A DNA stretch of 52,535 bases, filler included, from Bipalium vagum (lineage: Eukaryota), in the NCBI GenBank assembly GCA_037834085.1. It is 3 parts of 3 records of this genome, joined end to end, with 100 filler letters (N's around TTAATTAATTAA, not from the genome) between each part and the next. Parts side by side here need not be neighbours in the genome. Positions count along the whole stretch, not along the records: positions 1 to 17,384 come from JBBMKC010068890.1; 2 more parts are not named here. One strand, given 5' to 3'. The notes beneath the pieces were generated by a model, which was given only the letters and a program-made list of their open reading frames with translations, was not told where the DNA came from and did no database searches. Below, one piece after another: positions 1-11,574 of the stretch (the first letter of the stretch is position 1; each line of letters begins with the position of its first letter). The position numbers were made by a program, and so were the translations under genes.

Positions 1-976
1 CTGTCTTTATTTGGGATCGCCCTCTGCGTGACAAGTATTTATTTAATTTTCTTCATTTATAAAATTGGAACCGTCTCTGTGGTATTTGCAGATAACCTGT
101 TATCAACTAAGAGACCTACAAACGCGGCCAATACAAACGGTGGCTTTCTTCCAAGCGGAGCCGTTGACGGCAGTACGGAAGGGAACATTGTCAAAAGTAT
201 AAAATCAATTTATTTATTTAGTTTATTTATTTATTTAGTTTTATTTAGTTCTCCACAGTGTCCTGTTATGAAAGCCTTTTTCTAAATCAAGAAAAATGGT
301 GGCTTGTTGTTCTGGACCGACTTTCCGTGATAAGTAACATTACCATATACGGCAGAACTGACTGTTGCAGTGAGTTTTATGTTGCAGGAATGGTATGTCC
401 TTACTCCTTTGTTCCAATTACAGTAAATCGAACCAGCTTTATCACGTTTTACGGTAATTATGAGGGAGGATTACAATTCTCAATGTCGTCGCCTAATTTC
501 TATAAATTCCTCTACTACAAAGGTCCACCTCCAGCTGGTGTCTATAGCGTTACAATTGTGCCTGATCGACTGGTAATAGGTATTCCAAATTATACAGATT
601 TCACTTCCTGTTCTTAGATAACAAAAACCGTTGTTCTCTCGAAGCCCTTTGAAAGCGATGCGATTAATCTGTGTGAATTTCAGGTTTATGGACGCGATTT
701 TGTAAAGGCATCCTCCATGATATGTAAGCCTATGTTATTAAATAGCCTTACCGGTTATCTGTGGACATTGTAGACCACCAAATGGCGCCTCTAGGGTCGA
801 ATACATACGAGAATGTGTCTCCATTCGACAATTTGACTGTCCGATCTTCTATTGAATGTGGCTTTCATTGCCTTATTGTCGGAGGATGCTTATCGTTTTC
901 CTGCAACCGTGATACTCGTTGCTTTCTCTATGATCACGGAGGAGGGATGTTTCTACCCAAAGCGGCTCTCCCATAG
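1..976 (+). CDS. Secreted F-type lectin (fucolectin/FTP) domain + C-terminal PAN/apple-like domain protein, copy 1 (5'-partial). Exons <1-34, 92-196, 259-369, 424-572, 618-723, 774-976
   Basis: GT-AG introns of 57, 62, 54, 45 and 50 nt join a continuous frame: hydrophobic LSLFGIALCVT, AVDGS (F-lectin Ca2+ motif), SCY..KWWLVVL..ITIYGRTDCCINR, AINLCEFQVYG, then CGFHC-x5-CLSF-x7-CFLY (PAN-like), stop TAG at 974-976. Internal exon sizes (105/111/149/106) are identical to the paralog at 8705-10446. Confidence 0.88.
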
Positions 977-1479
977 GAAGGTCGACTTTCGATTGTGACA
1001 TCTATTGTACTGTGCACTTTTACTTTTTGACTTGACTTTGAGAAATGTAGTTGACAACGTACCTGTTGTATAATACAGCGTTTCCAGCAATATCCCGTTC
1101 TTTATTATCCTTTTGAATAACATTTTTAAATATCGTCCTTTTGAATAAAATTTAGCTCAATTGCCACTTCCAGTGACCGATCCGAAAATCGCCGGAATGT
1201 TGACATAGTGACATGAGACCTTCTTGGTCACTTACTGGAACGCAAAAGAAGATGGACCAAAAAGAATTTATTCAAAGAACAAATTTTGATCATGGAAAAC
1301 ATCCTTCAATATTGATAGGTTTAACTAAAATAGCAGAATAATAATATTTATTATAATAATATTATTATTATTGTTAAAAGTTTGTGAAGGTTCTTTTGCT
1401 AAAAGTTTTGTCTTTGTCAAAGAGGGGAGACTGGCCTTATACTTAAAGGCCGATATTCTCTCTTTGTTATAAAACATTT

Positions 1480-2050
1480 TATTTTATTTTGTTATTTTCG
1501 TATGGTATATCTTGGGTCTTCTTCGATCATCATTGGATGCCTACTACCATTTTCTTTCTCAAGACTATAATTGACGTCCGTAAATTGTTTCTAACCCCTC
1601 TACTTGTGCTTCGGTCAGGAACGTCTGGATCATACAAGGCCCGAGTTACGTTTCCTGACTTTTGCGTAGCATTGTGACCTTGAAGGCATTTCTAACAAAG
1701 TGATTATAATATAACTTAAGAATTGGCTTCGTTAACGGTATTGAAGGCATTTTAGTGCTCTTTTAAAGTTGCATCCAATTTCTTTGAGAGATGTCATAGG
1801 ACAACCTTCAATAGTCTGAGTCATTTTATCAAATCTTTATCTCCAAAGGATGGTTTTCTAATCGTTGGAATGCTGCGCTTGTACCGCCAGTCTTTTTGAA
1901 TTGTGTAAAGGTCAACGTTATGGGTCTCATTGTTGACGATGGTTTTCCATTTCAGCTTTCCTAAATGCCGTCTTATCGATTTGCTGAAATCATTTGGGTC
2001 GTCAGCAGAACTATTTCTGCTCGTTCTTCAACAGACACCATTATCCGATA
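1480..2050 (-). mobile_element. Degenerate Tc1/mariner transposase N-terminal (HTH) fragments
   Basis: Minus-strand pieces MVSVEERAEIVLL, FTQFKKTGG, GHNATQK..YDPDVPDRST and NYSLEKENGSRHP..IEEDPR resemble Tc1/mariner paired-like HTH regions. Broken by stops and frameshifts. Confidence 0.45.
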
Positions 2051-2611
2051 TTGATTTTGTATCTCTCTCTCTCTCTCTGATTATGTGAGCCTATTAAGAC
2101 AATTAAATGTTCACATAAAATTTCCCCAATCCTATTTCGATATATATATAATATATAAATAAACTTGGTTCCAAAAATAGTGAAATCTGGTGCCTACTTT
2201 CTACACTCACCCTCTGAGACCAAAAGACTGTTTCGATCTCTGACGTCACTGCTGTGTCTGGTATCGTTTGTGTTGCATTGAGATAAGTAATTTCTCATTT
2301 GATCAATTAAAGGATGACATTGTCCTGGGGACTTAAAATAACTCCACAGATTTCAATGTTTGGAAACGGAAATTGCAAAATGTGGAGGACTGTGATAACT
2401 GTGGACTTTATTTAAAAAGTTTGGAGTCGAAGTTGGGCGAAACTAAATATGGATGAAAATCATTAAGAATTCAACGGTTTTGCTTTAAAAAATAAGCCAA
2501 GGGAACCGGAACATGTATGTATAAAGCAGACCGATGCGATCTCACCTCCCGATCCGCGATCTTGTACTGTGCAAAGTTTTATCAAGGTAGTGATGAATCC
2601 AATTTCATTTT

Positions 2612-2689
2612 TATCATGTTCCAGGTAATGTCAAAATGTAACCATGGAACCCTTTCAGTAACGTAAATATATTTATAAAACTCGCAAAC
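2612..2689 (+). repeat. Dispersed direct repeat, copy A (~80 bp)
   Basis: tatcatgttccaggtaatgtca..accatg..tttcag..gtaaatatatttataaaac..cgcaaac recurs at 3396-3475 with a few mismatches. Confidence 0.85.
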
Positions 2690-3395
2690 AATATCCTTTT
2701 CCATTTATCCTATTATTTATTGAAAATTCTACCAGGAAGACGAAGCGAAGTCGTCTTCTCCAGTGTTGTTGAAACTGTCACTCCCATTCTTCTTGCTACA
2801 TTTCCAGCATTTCTCCCTGAGTCGGGAATGGCTAAGGCAAGCTTCCTATTCGTTTTGGCTGTAACATAACGTATGAAGACAAGCTTAAGAACTTCCAGGA
2901 CAATATGGGAGACTTCATTTGTTAGAATATATATACATATCTAGTAACAGAATTTCACGGTTCCCTCCCTTAATTGATTTTCAATGTTCCCACCAATTTG
3001 TTTTCGCAGTTGTTTTGGAGTATTGATAAATTATTACTTAATAATATCGGGGAGGTGCTGAGAAAATTTCTGTTATGAGAGAAATAAAATCTCTCCTGGA
3101 ATGAATTAATTGTTACATTAACACATTCAAATTAATTGATTAATGTTCGACATTTATTTTAATGAATGCAATTGATCAATATCAATTTTCGATAACTTCT
3201 TTTCGATGGACCAATCGTTTTGAGTTTACATATTTTTCGTATTTCCAGTACTGAATCCTAAAATGTTTGATAAACTGTTTCCTTTTGGAGATTTCACTTC
3301 ACAACGTTTCGATATTATCATTACACAATTTACAAAAATCGGATTTGGTTTTAAATAAAACTCGGTTCCCTTTAAAGACTCGTTATGGATATTTA

Positions 3396-3475
3396 TATCA
3401 TGTTCCAGGTAATGTCACAATGAAACCATGTAACTGTTTCAGCGATGTAAATATATTTATAAAACGCCCGCAAAC
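3396..3475 (+). repeat. Dispersed direct repeat, copy B (~80 bp)
   Basis: Aligns by eye to 2612-2689. Confidence 0.85.
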
Positions 3476-3544
3476 CTTGAGAGAATATTCTTTTTAATTT
3501 TTCTATTTAGCATTGCAAGTTATAAAATGAAAAAGAAAGAGAAG

Positions 3545-4400
3545 AATCCCCATAAATTTTACTTCTTTTCAAACCAACGTTTGGAGCTGCGTGATCAGTA
3601 TTCCTTCTGTAATCACTGCGGCCTCTTTCCAAAGCAATAAAACCATTCACTTAATTTCTTATTAAAAGCATTAAAGTTTTTTTAGGACGAGAAAGGAATT
3701 TTTTTCAAAGCTTGGTTTCAGTGAAGGCACAAAGGAAGGCCCCGGAATGGAAACAGAAAGAAGCTTTGCTAATATGCATTGTTTGCAGTTTCATTATTTA
3801 ATCTCACTTGGCAAGGAGAAAGTTAACAATTCCGAGAGGTGGAGCTTCTTCCTCGTGCGCCCTCCCGCCTCTCGATCGGGAAACAATACATCTTCGGAGA
3901 AACAGGTGCAACGTTCAGTACATAAAGCGACCAGTTTTCACTTCATTATATTATCGCAACTGCTGGGCTGAAACGGAGGAAAGAATCTTTTGCACGTGGT
4001 TAGAAGAACGTTGGTAAAAATAACTCAAATCAAAGAAGAGAAATACTAAGCCCTTCTCTAGCTAAAAGTATCTGAAATTTATTAACTTGAGCCCAGTCGG
4101 ACGGAAATAGATAATAAATAAATATTCTTTTTATCTGGAAATAGACGACAGGGAGCGACCTATTTGTTTTGTTGTTGCAGCGCTGAGAACAGAGACTACC
4201 TCGAGGGTTATTGCATTCCATAAAGCTCACCGTTGCAAATTGCAGAGCGTTCAGGATGAGATGAAAGACGGCTGATGTTAAAAGTGTTTATTAAGTGACT
4301 GAGAAGTACCGTTTCTTTTCTGCTTGTTTTGCTAATTACACTCCTCATTGATTTTGGTGAGGTTTCAGAATACTTGTTCGATATCCGGTGTACCACCTCT
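3545..4400 (-). mobile_element. Possible highly degenerate non-LTR (L1/Tx1-like) reverse transcriptase remnant
   Basis: Frameshifted minus-strand pieces (VAPCRLFPD, LYVLNVAP/FLRR, EVKFMGILL) occur in the order expected for LINE RT motifs. No intact YADD, so the call is weak. Confidence 0.25.
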
Positions 4401-5158
4401 TAAAGGTAAGGGCCGATTGGAAACGGGCCGAAATAAAAAAAATCGTAGAAGAAAATAATTTAATATTAATTAATGTTCGAATTTTTATTTGTCACAAGCG
4501 GATGGTAGTGAAATGAAGTCTGTGGTTCCCAGTAATTATTTTTGAGGAGAAGAGTGTTTGATGTTCACAAAGTCATGGTTGGATGATTGGTATTGTAAGG
4601 AGACAGTAAAATATGTCTATGGACATGAAAAGGAGAAGCCGAAGATTTTAAAACTTTAAAATAAGACAACATTGAACATTTATAACAATGATGACGACAG
4701 GATGCTATCTCGAGTTTGGTACCAGATTGGAAGTGGAGTGTGGAATGAAGTTTGTCGATTTATGCACTTTTCATTTAAATTATCGATTAGATGCTTTCAA
4801 ACACTGTACTGCAGGTCATTAATCCCATGAAACCCAATTGTGTTTTGTCAATGTATGCCGATAGCTCTCTACCAAAGCGATACCAGAAGTTGGGGAAGTG
4901 GACCAGATATGAGTGCACAATACTTTTACTCACAAGGTTTTTAAGAAAAGATCGCTTTTTAAACTTTGTTCTGCATATTGTGTGTTTGATCTATTTTAAT
5001 CAATATTAAAATCAAAGAAAAGAAAGTCTTTACTGTTCCCACTACTATCAGATTATTTTTTAAATTTTCATTTTTCTCTTTGATTATTGATTTTTTATTC
5101 ATTATTAATTTTGCAAAAAGTCAATTTTTTTCAATTTTTTTTATAAATTTTCAATTTT

Positions 5159-5700
5159 ATGAATTTATTGATTTATGATTGTAACACATCGAGCATGAAT
5201 CTATCATTTATTTTTTTAAAGATGGATGAAAAATATTTTTTTGAGGCTTGTAATAAAAGTATTTCAAAATATAATAAGAGTGAGCATTTAAATACAAACT
5301 CACATTTTAAGAATAATACTTTGAGAAGTACAATTACTACTAAGAAAAGGACTAATGAACAAAAAAGAAAATATCCAATTTTTTTATAAAACAGATGGTG
5401 ACATCCAATCAAGTATTACAAATAAAAAATATTTAAATGAATTTACAAAAGGAAAATATCAAGGAGAATTACATTTAAAATTCTAAAGCCCTCTTAATAA
5501 AATAAATTCTGAGCACCACTGGACTGAGCTTGGCACTCATTCTGATAAAAGATTAAAAAACTATAATGAATTAGTAGAAATCTTTAAAGACAATCAAAAT
5601 TTATCAAATCTCCCAATTGCAAAACATAATTCCATTCCAATAAAAAAAACAATGAAAAATGATGTAAAATATGTCAAACGATCAAAAACTAAAAATTACT
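5159..5700 (+). pseudogene. Decayed ORF with C2H2-like zinc finger remnant (virus/Polinton-type AT-rich ORF?)
   Basis: KYF(F)EACNKSISKYNKSEHLNTNSH matches C-x2-C-x11-H-x5-H with the first Cys replaced by Phe. Intronless, Lys/Asn-rich, interrupted by stops. Confidence 0.3.
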
Positions 5701-5785
5701 TTCACCTAACACTGCCCATTACCCTTTTCCAAATTCGACATTTTTAGACTCTGGGTACAGGAGGTTGATCATATAACATACGATG

Positions 5786-5866
5786 TAAGGATTAAATTTT
5801 AATTAATATTAAATAATAAATATTTTTAAAATAATTTTAAAGTAATATATTAAAATTTAATCCTTA
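5786..5866. repeat. Inverted repeat / MITE-like hairpin (18-bp perfect arms)
   Basis: taaggattaaattttaat (5786-5803) is the exact reverse complement of attaaaatttaatcctta (5849-5866). Confidence 0.7.
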
Positions 5867-5979
5867 ATGTAAAATAAGTTTTTTAATAATTTCAATAAAT
5901 TTAAATCGATTTTAAAAAATTAAATAATTTAAATAAAAGTTTTAAATAATTAATTTTTTTAAATAACGGATTAGAAGAG

Positions 5980-6450
5980 GACACATATTACATATTTTCT
6001 TCATCAAAAAATGTTACAAAATCTTGAGTTTTTGAATTCTGAAACTGTCGATAACGTGGCAGTAACTGACATACGATATTTGCTTTTCTCTTCCTAGCGC
6101 ATTTGAGCCTGACGTTCCAATACTTCATGCGGATCTAATATGGGTCGCTTTTATTTCACAAGTTTTCTTAGATGTCAATTAATGTCGTATTTCGATAGTA
6201 AAATAATCGTATATAAAACGCGTGTAGAATCATGTGAGTGATCTATTAATGCTTCTTGTAGAACCTCTTCATTTATTACAGAAAGTCATTTTTGGCAGGG
6301 CTTATCTTCGAGACTAATATTTCTGCTTTGAAACTTTGTGAACCAATCCGAGAATATGCTTTACAGTACGATATCTTCTCCTACGATATCTTTCCCTTCA
6401 GTGTAAATATAAATTCAAATAAATGCACTGATATGTTTATTTAAACAAAA
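5980..6450 (-). mobile_element. Degenerate mariner transposase 5' fragment
   Basis: Minus strand DWFTKFQSRNISLEDKP..SVINEEVLQ..STR matches mariner WF.KF.SG..SLED..RSGRP. Confidence 0.6.
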
Positions 6451-7979
6451 CTGACAAATTTCATTTGGTAATGAAAATCAATGATTAAATCAATATTTTG
6501 AGAATTATTATTAAATAAAACATTTATTTTGATAAAAGAAAATTAAACTATCGGAATCACGGAAACCTTTGATGCAACGTAATAATTATAATTAAATAAC
6601 AAGGGGCCGCATTATATAGCGAAATCCAAAGTGAAATGCACCAGAATGCGGAGCAGGTTCGAAATATGGATATTCTAAAGGAAAAGCTTTACTGATCTTG
6701 TAGATAACACCCAACTTGTTCTTCTTCTCCAATTTTCTCTTTTCGCAAAGACCTCGACTTTCCTAACTTTTATCTTAAAATTCGGAGACTAACGATGCTT
6801 TTGCTGCTACCAATCGACGTTTCACGGCTGCCTTCCATGAGAATTCTTACTTTTGTCTGAGCCACAATGCCTTCACTGGTTGGTTTATTAAAATATTTCT
6901 GTTTCCGTTAACTTTTCAGCGTTTTCAAAGGAAAGTTTTAATTCAGCCCTTTCAGAGAAGGATAAAAAAGGAAAAGAAGCACAGAAAGAACTTTTGCAAA
7001 ATTAAAATGAAACTTGAAAATAGATGCAGTATGTTCTTAAAAACATTTTCATTGTATTGTTCATTTTTATGACTCTCTACCCCGCCTTCGATTGTCAAGA
7101 GCCCATTGAAATGCAACGGCTGCAGTGGGGGAATTCATCATTGTTCCTGTAAGAATATACTCTGACAAAATGTTTATCTCTCCATCAACCCCTGTTACTC
7201 AGAACTGCCTGATGAAGAGAACTTGCAAAACGGGAGAACGTTTGTTATTGTGTGAGACCATTGTGAAAAGAGAAGAAATTAAAACTTGATTGACATTTGG
7301 TCTGTTCTGCATAAATACAATGTAAAATGGTTTCAAGTTCTTCCATTGTGGTTCTGTAGAGGTCATTTATAATTAAAACTCGTTTTTTTTATCAGACCTT
7401 TATTCGATTGCATCAAGGGAACAGTTAAAAGATTTGGAAAAAAGGAGCGAAATTTATTTCAAAAAATAAGATAATAAATAATAATTACGCTGTTGTTCTG
7501 AAATTAATTAGCGAATAAAAAACGAAAAGACAAATTAAGAAATTTTGGTCTGAAGACGTTTTTGACCCCATTTTCATTCGTTGTGTTACGTTGATGTCAT
7601 ATAAGCTGTGTAACCTTTAGCTCGAGATTTTACTGACTACTCGGGCTTATATGATTAATGAGCTCGTCTTGGTATTTAATCACAATAATCACAAAACGCT
7701 TTGTTGTTTTAGCAGCACAAAAGTAAATCGATAGTCAAGTCAAAATCAGTTCCACACGAATCAAAGTTGAGATCAATGACAATGACACAAACAAAGACTC
7801 AAAATAGTCAATAAATTTACAAATCAATAGTTCGCATCAATCAAATAAATGTTAAATAATCAAAGATTGATCGATATCAATGAATAAAGTTGTCGAAAAC
7901 GTTCAAATTATCAATTATTTGTGAATATTGATAAAATTATGTTAAAATATTAATCGTCAATGAATATTGATAAATGTAA

Positions 7980-8470
7980 CAGTAAAGGTATGGTTCAGTC
8001 GATTCAGAAATGGTGATGTAAGCCTATCAGATCTATCAAAACCTGGTCGAATATCATTTCAAAACAATGAAGATTTATGATTCAGATTCCAGACAAACCG
8101 CCCATAGAAATGATTGTTAATCTCCACTGTGGTGCGCTGTGATCCCTCCGCGATCATCTCTCCATAAAACATTGTTCCGAAAAAACCTGAATTTGTTAAC
8201 AGAAAGAAGGTTCTTTTTCTTCAGGATAATGCCAAACCGCATGTGACAAAACAAACTATTAACAAGACAATACAACTTGGTTGGAGATCATGCGGCATCC
8301 ACCATATTCATCAGATCTCTCGCCAACTGATTTTTATTTGTTTTTCCATCACAATAATATCATAAAGAAAACATCACTGAAAAATGAAGCAGGTCTTAAA
8401 GTGAAAGTGTCCACTTTCTTCAACAGTAAACTTATGGAATTCTACCAAGCGCGATTCACTTAGAGGTCTT
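7980..8470 (+). mobile_element. Internally deleted mariner transposase remnant
   Basis: WFSRFRNGDVSLSD..PGR, then LFLQDNAKPHV and HPPYSSDLSPTDFYLF (mariner D,D34D motifs). Confidence 0.85.
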
Positions 8471-8704
8471 TAGGGGTTTTGCATACCCTGCAAAATCCGA
8501 TCTTTGGCGTTATTATTTTCTCAAGTGTTTTATCCAGTTATTGAGAACATGGTTGGATAATAATGATTTTCCTCAATTAAATAACCAATGAGAATTGGTT
8601 TTGCTCAGCCAATCAAAACTCTCCAACCCTCTTGATAAAGAAAATATATAAGTATCAACGTTCTCAAAAGATTACATAACTTCAAATTGGATTTTTCTGA
8701 AGAG

Positions 8705-10446
8705 ATGAACTTTTTTTTCTTGTTAGTCTTGGTCAAACGAGGCCTCTCAATCACGGGTATGGTCAGTTATTATTATTAAATCTCAGAACGACATCGGTGC
8801 CATTTAGACATGCTGATATCGCGAAGGAAGATGACAAACGCTGCAAATATCATGGGGCCTTATAACCATACGTACGCTGTGGATGGCAACACTAACGGAG
8901 AGATATATGACCGTAAGACATTGAAATTTCCCTTGATTGTTATCTCGGCCTCACTCTTCAGTATCTTGCTATCACAGTTTGTTTCAGGATTCAGAAAAAT
9001 GGTGGTTGGTGGTTCTGGACACAATTGCCGTTATCAGTAAAATCATATTGTACAACAGAACGGACTGTTGCAGTAAGTTTTAACGGTGAAACACTTTATT
9101 TTATTTTTAATTAATTAAACCTGTCAAATATGTTGAGGTTCCCCTTGGGTTTCAGTACTATCAGGTCGGTGGACCTTTCAAACCTCACAAACACTTTCTC
9201 TCATTCACAAGCAACAATAAAACCGTAGTAGCATGACTTACTTATTATTATGAGTACAAATCAATAATGCGGATTTGCTTAATAACGGAAGCATGGTAAT
9301 TTCGAAACAAAAATAAAAAATGATTTATTCAAAATAATGGCCTTTATTATTCACACACTTCTTCTATCTTTCAGTCAATTTATCGATGTCACTTCAAAAG
9401 AACTTCTGGTTTCGAAGCGATCCATACAGAGACCCATTTTTGACATCTTCGTACGATTTGAAGTGCTGCTCAGCAAGAACATGTACCATTGAAGGGAATA
9501 GATGAAAATCGGTAGGAACAAAGAACTCATCATAACCTCGAAGCTTTTATCGACAAAATTTTGTGAGCCACTGATTTCAATGGTATTACTGAGCGAATTG
9601 ATCTGAGAACGACTGGTTTTTATATACTTGGTTTTCAGCACGACTCTATTTGGTAAGACAAAGTCATCCCTGTTAAGATTTTGAATCAGACAAAGACAGC
9701 AACGAATGCCTTGTCTGAATCATCGTAGTCTTTATCGGATCAATTGTGCTACAAAGACCAACGTGACGACCACAAAGAATATATCTGAGCAAAATTAGCT
9801 TTGTTTTTTAATTTATAATTTATGTACTACTTTATTGGTCTCGGAAGGAGAGACTACGTCAAGTGGAAATTTAATTTGTTACTTTAATCTTTTTCTTAAG
9901 TGATCAGGACAAGTAACCTAACATTTTATGCTACCTTTGGGAGAGAGCTGAACTTTTCCTCATCGACTCAAATATTCTACAAGACTAATTATTATTACGG
10001 CCCTCCTCCGAAAACCAGTAACGTGATTACGATCCCCTTCAATCGACTGGCATAAACTTTCGATTGTTTTTTATTTTATTTTATTTATGAACTCAGGTAG
10101 CCCAGACGATCGTCCTGTCCAAGGCCTTTGAGGATGACGCCATAAATTTGTGTGAAATTGAGGTTTATGGTCACGATTTTGTGAAGACATCATCGGCAGT
10201 TTGTAAGGACTTAGAATTGACAAATTAAAAGTAAGCCTCACAATTTCAGATAGCCAATACGGAGCCTATGGTCCTGATAAGAATGTCGAAATTTTTGAAA
10301 CGTTGACTTTGAAGTCTTCAATTTCTTGTGCTGTCCACTGCCATCAAAATCCCCAATGTGTTTCGTTTATATTCACAAATGGAAATCTTTGTCAGGTTTA
10401 TAACAACGCCGCTGGAAGGTTCATTCGTGACATCGATATGCTTTAA
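8705..10446 (+). CDS. Secreted F-type lectin (fucolectin/FTP) + PAN/apple-like protein, copy 2, 239 aa. Exons 8705-8756, 8808-8912, 8962-9072, 9901-10049, 10097-10202, 10250-10446
   Basis: Signal-like MNFFFLLVLVKRGLSIT; AVDGNT; SCYHS..KWWLVVLD..YNRTDCCMIR (H-x27-R-x-D-x4-R fucose-binding motif); AINLCEIEVYG; CAVHC-x5-CVSF..CQVY; TAA at 10444-10446; AATAAA downstream at about 10549. Total 720 nt in frame. The model requires a GC donor at 10050. Confidence 0.87.
9280..9560 (-). mobile_element. Mariner 3' fragment inside intron 3 of lectin copy 2
   Basis: Clear nucleotide similarity to 17620-17880 (e.g. tttttgacatcttcgtacgatttgaagtg.tgctcagcaag), i.e. the mariner C-terminus and 3' end. Confidence 0.85.
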
Positions 10447-10929
10447 GAAAGACGTTCACCATGTCAACACTGTGAACTGAAAATCACTTAGCCTAATTTC
10501 TCTGCACAGACTGTTTGTAGTTCACCTATATTACTTGCAAGGGTTTCAAATAAATGTCTCTCGTATACTTTTACCGTTTCCAAGTCTCCTTTGACTTCTG
10601 TAAGATTGAACAAGTCACACTTTTCGACAGACTTAATATTGATATTCTTTTTTTTATTCTGAAAAAGGCAAAATTAAATTGATAATCAAATAATAATAAA
10701 TAAATAAAAATTTTTTGCATTTGTTTCAAATAACAACAATTATTGATTGGTAACCAATATTTTTCTGAATATGATCGATACATTTTATTTCTGAGATTAA
10801 ATATATTTTATTCACATTCTATCCACATAAAATTTTCAACAATCAATACTTTTGACCCGAACGAGAACTCCTGCCTCGCTGATAAATTATTTTAATTAAA
10901 AAACCTTACTTAGGGGCTTATTCAATTTA

Positions 10930-11300
10930 ATAAGTTTTATTAAATAACAGTCTCAATACTATAGAGCAGCACCTTTTTACTATTGCAGTGAAAGGTTGTA
11001 TGTTAATACAAAAAGATATGTCTGTTAAGGTATTTGAACATTGCGAAGTTCGATTGTCGCAACCACCTGTGCCCCGAAAACTTAAGAAATTAAGATTTAC
11101 AAGAAAACGATTGACCAAAAATCCTGAAGATAGAAATTTTGAAGCTGTTAAAGCAATAACCATCTATGCGGCAGCCGTAGGTCGAATCCCATCAGATCAA
11201 TTAGTGGTTTTGGATGAATCGGGATTTAATGATCATTTACAAAGACATTACGGTTATTCGCCCAAATTGTGATCAGTATCTAATATAAATTGCTTTTTAA
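10930..11300 (+). mobile_element. IS630/Tc1-family (DDE_3-like) transposase remnant
   Basis: LKKLRFTRKRL..PEDRN and VVLDESGFNDHLQRHYGYSP are typical of the first catalytic-Asp region of IS630-like Tc1 transposases. Truncated. Confidence 0.75.
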
Positions 11301-11574
11301 TATCTGGAAAAGCTAGTACTGGGGTTTTTGTTAAGGCCTTAATTCAAGCAATAAATAAATAACAATAACCTAATTAATATAGTTTCAGGTCACCACCAAA
11401 GAAATATAATATCTTGGTATATGCCTAATGAACAGCTGTATATCAAGAGGACTCCAAGATAGTCTGAAACCTAAATAATTACGACTCCACAAGCATATTT
11501 TCGGATTTGTGATGACAAAAAATTAAATCTGTGAATTGTAATTCGATAAATGTTAATATTTATTTTTGGAATTG

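Noticed and set aside
4405-5010. Possible MULE transposase remnant (KRYQKLG..Y; gggccg-type end)
   Set aside because: Similarity is too weak, with no second TIR or catalytic motif.
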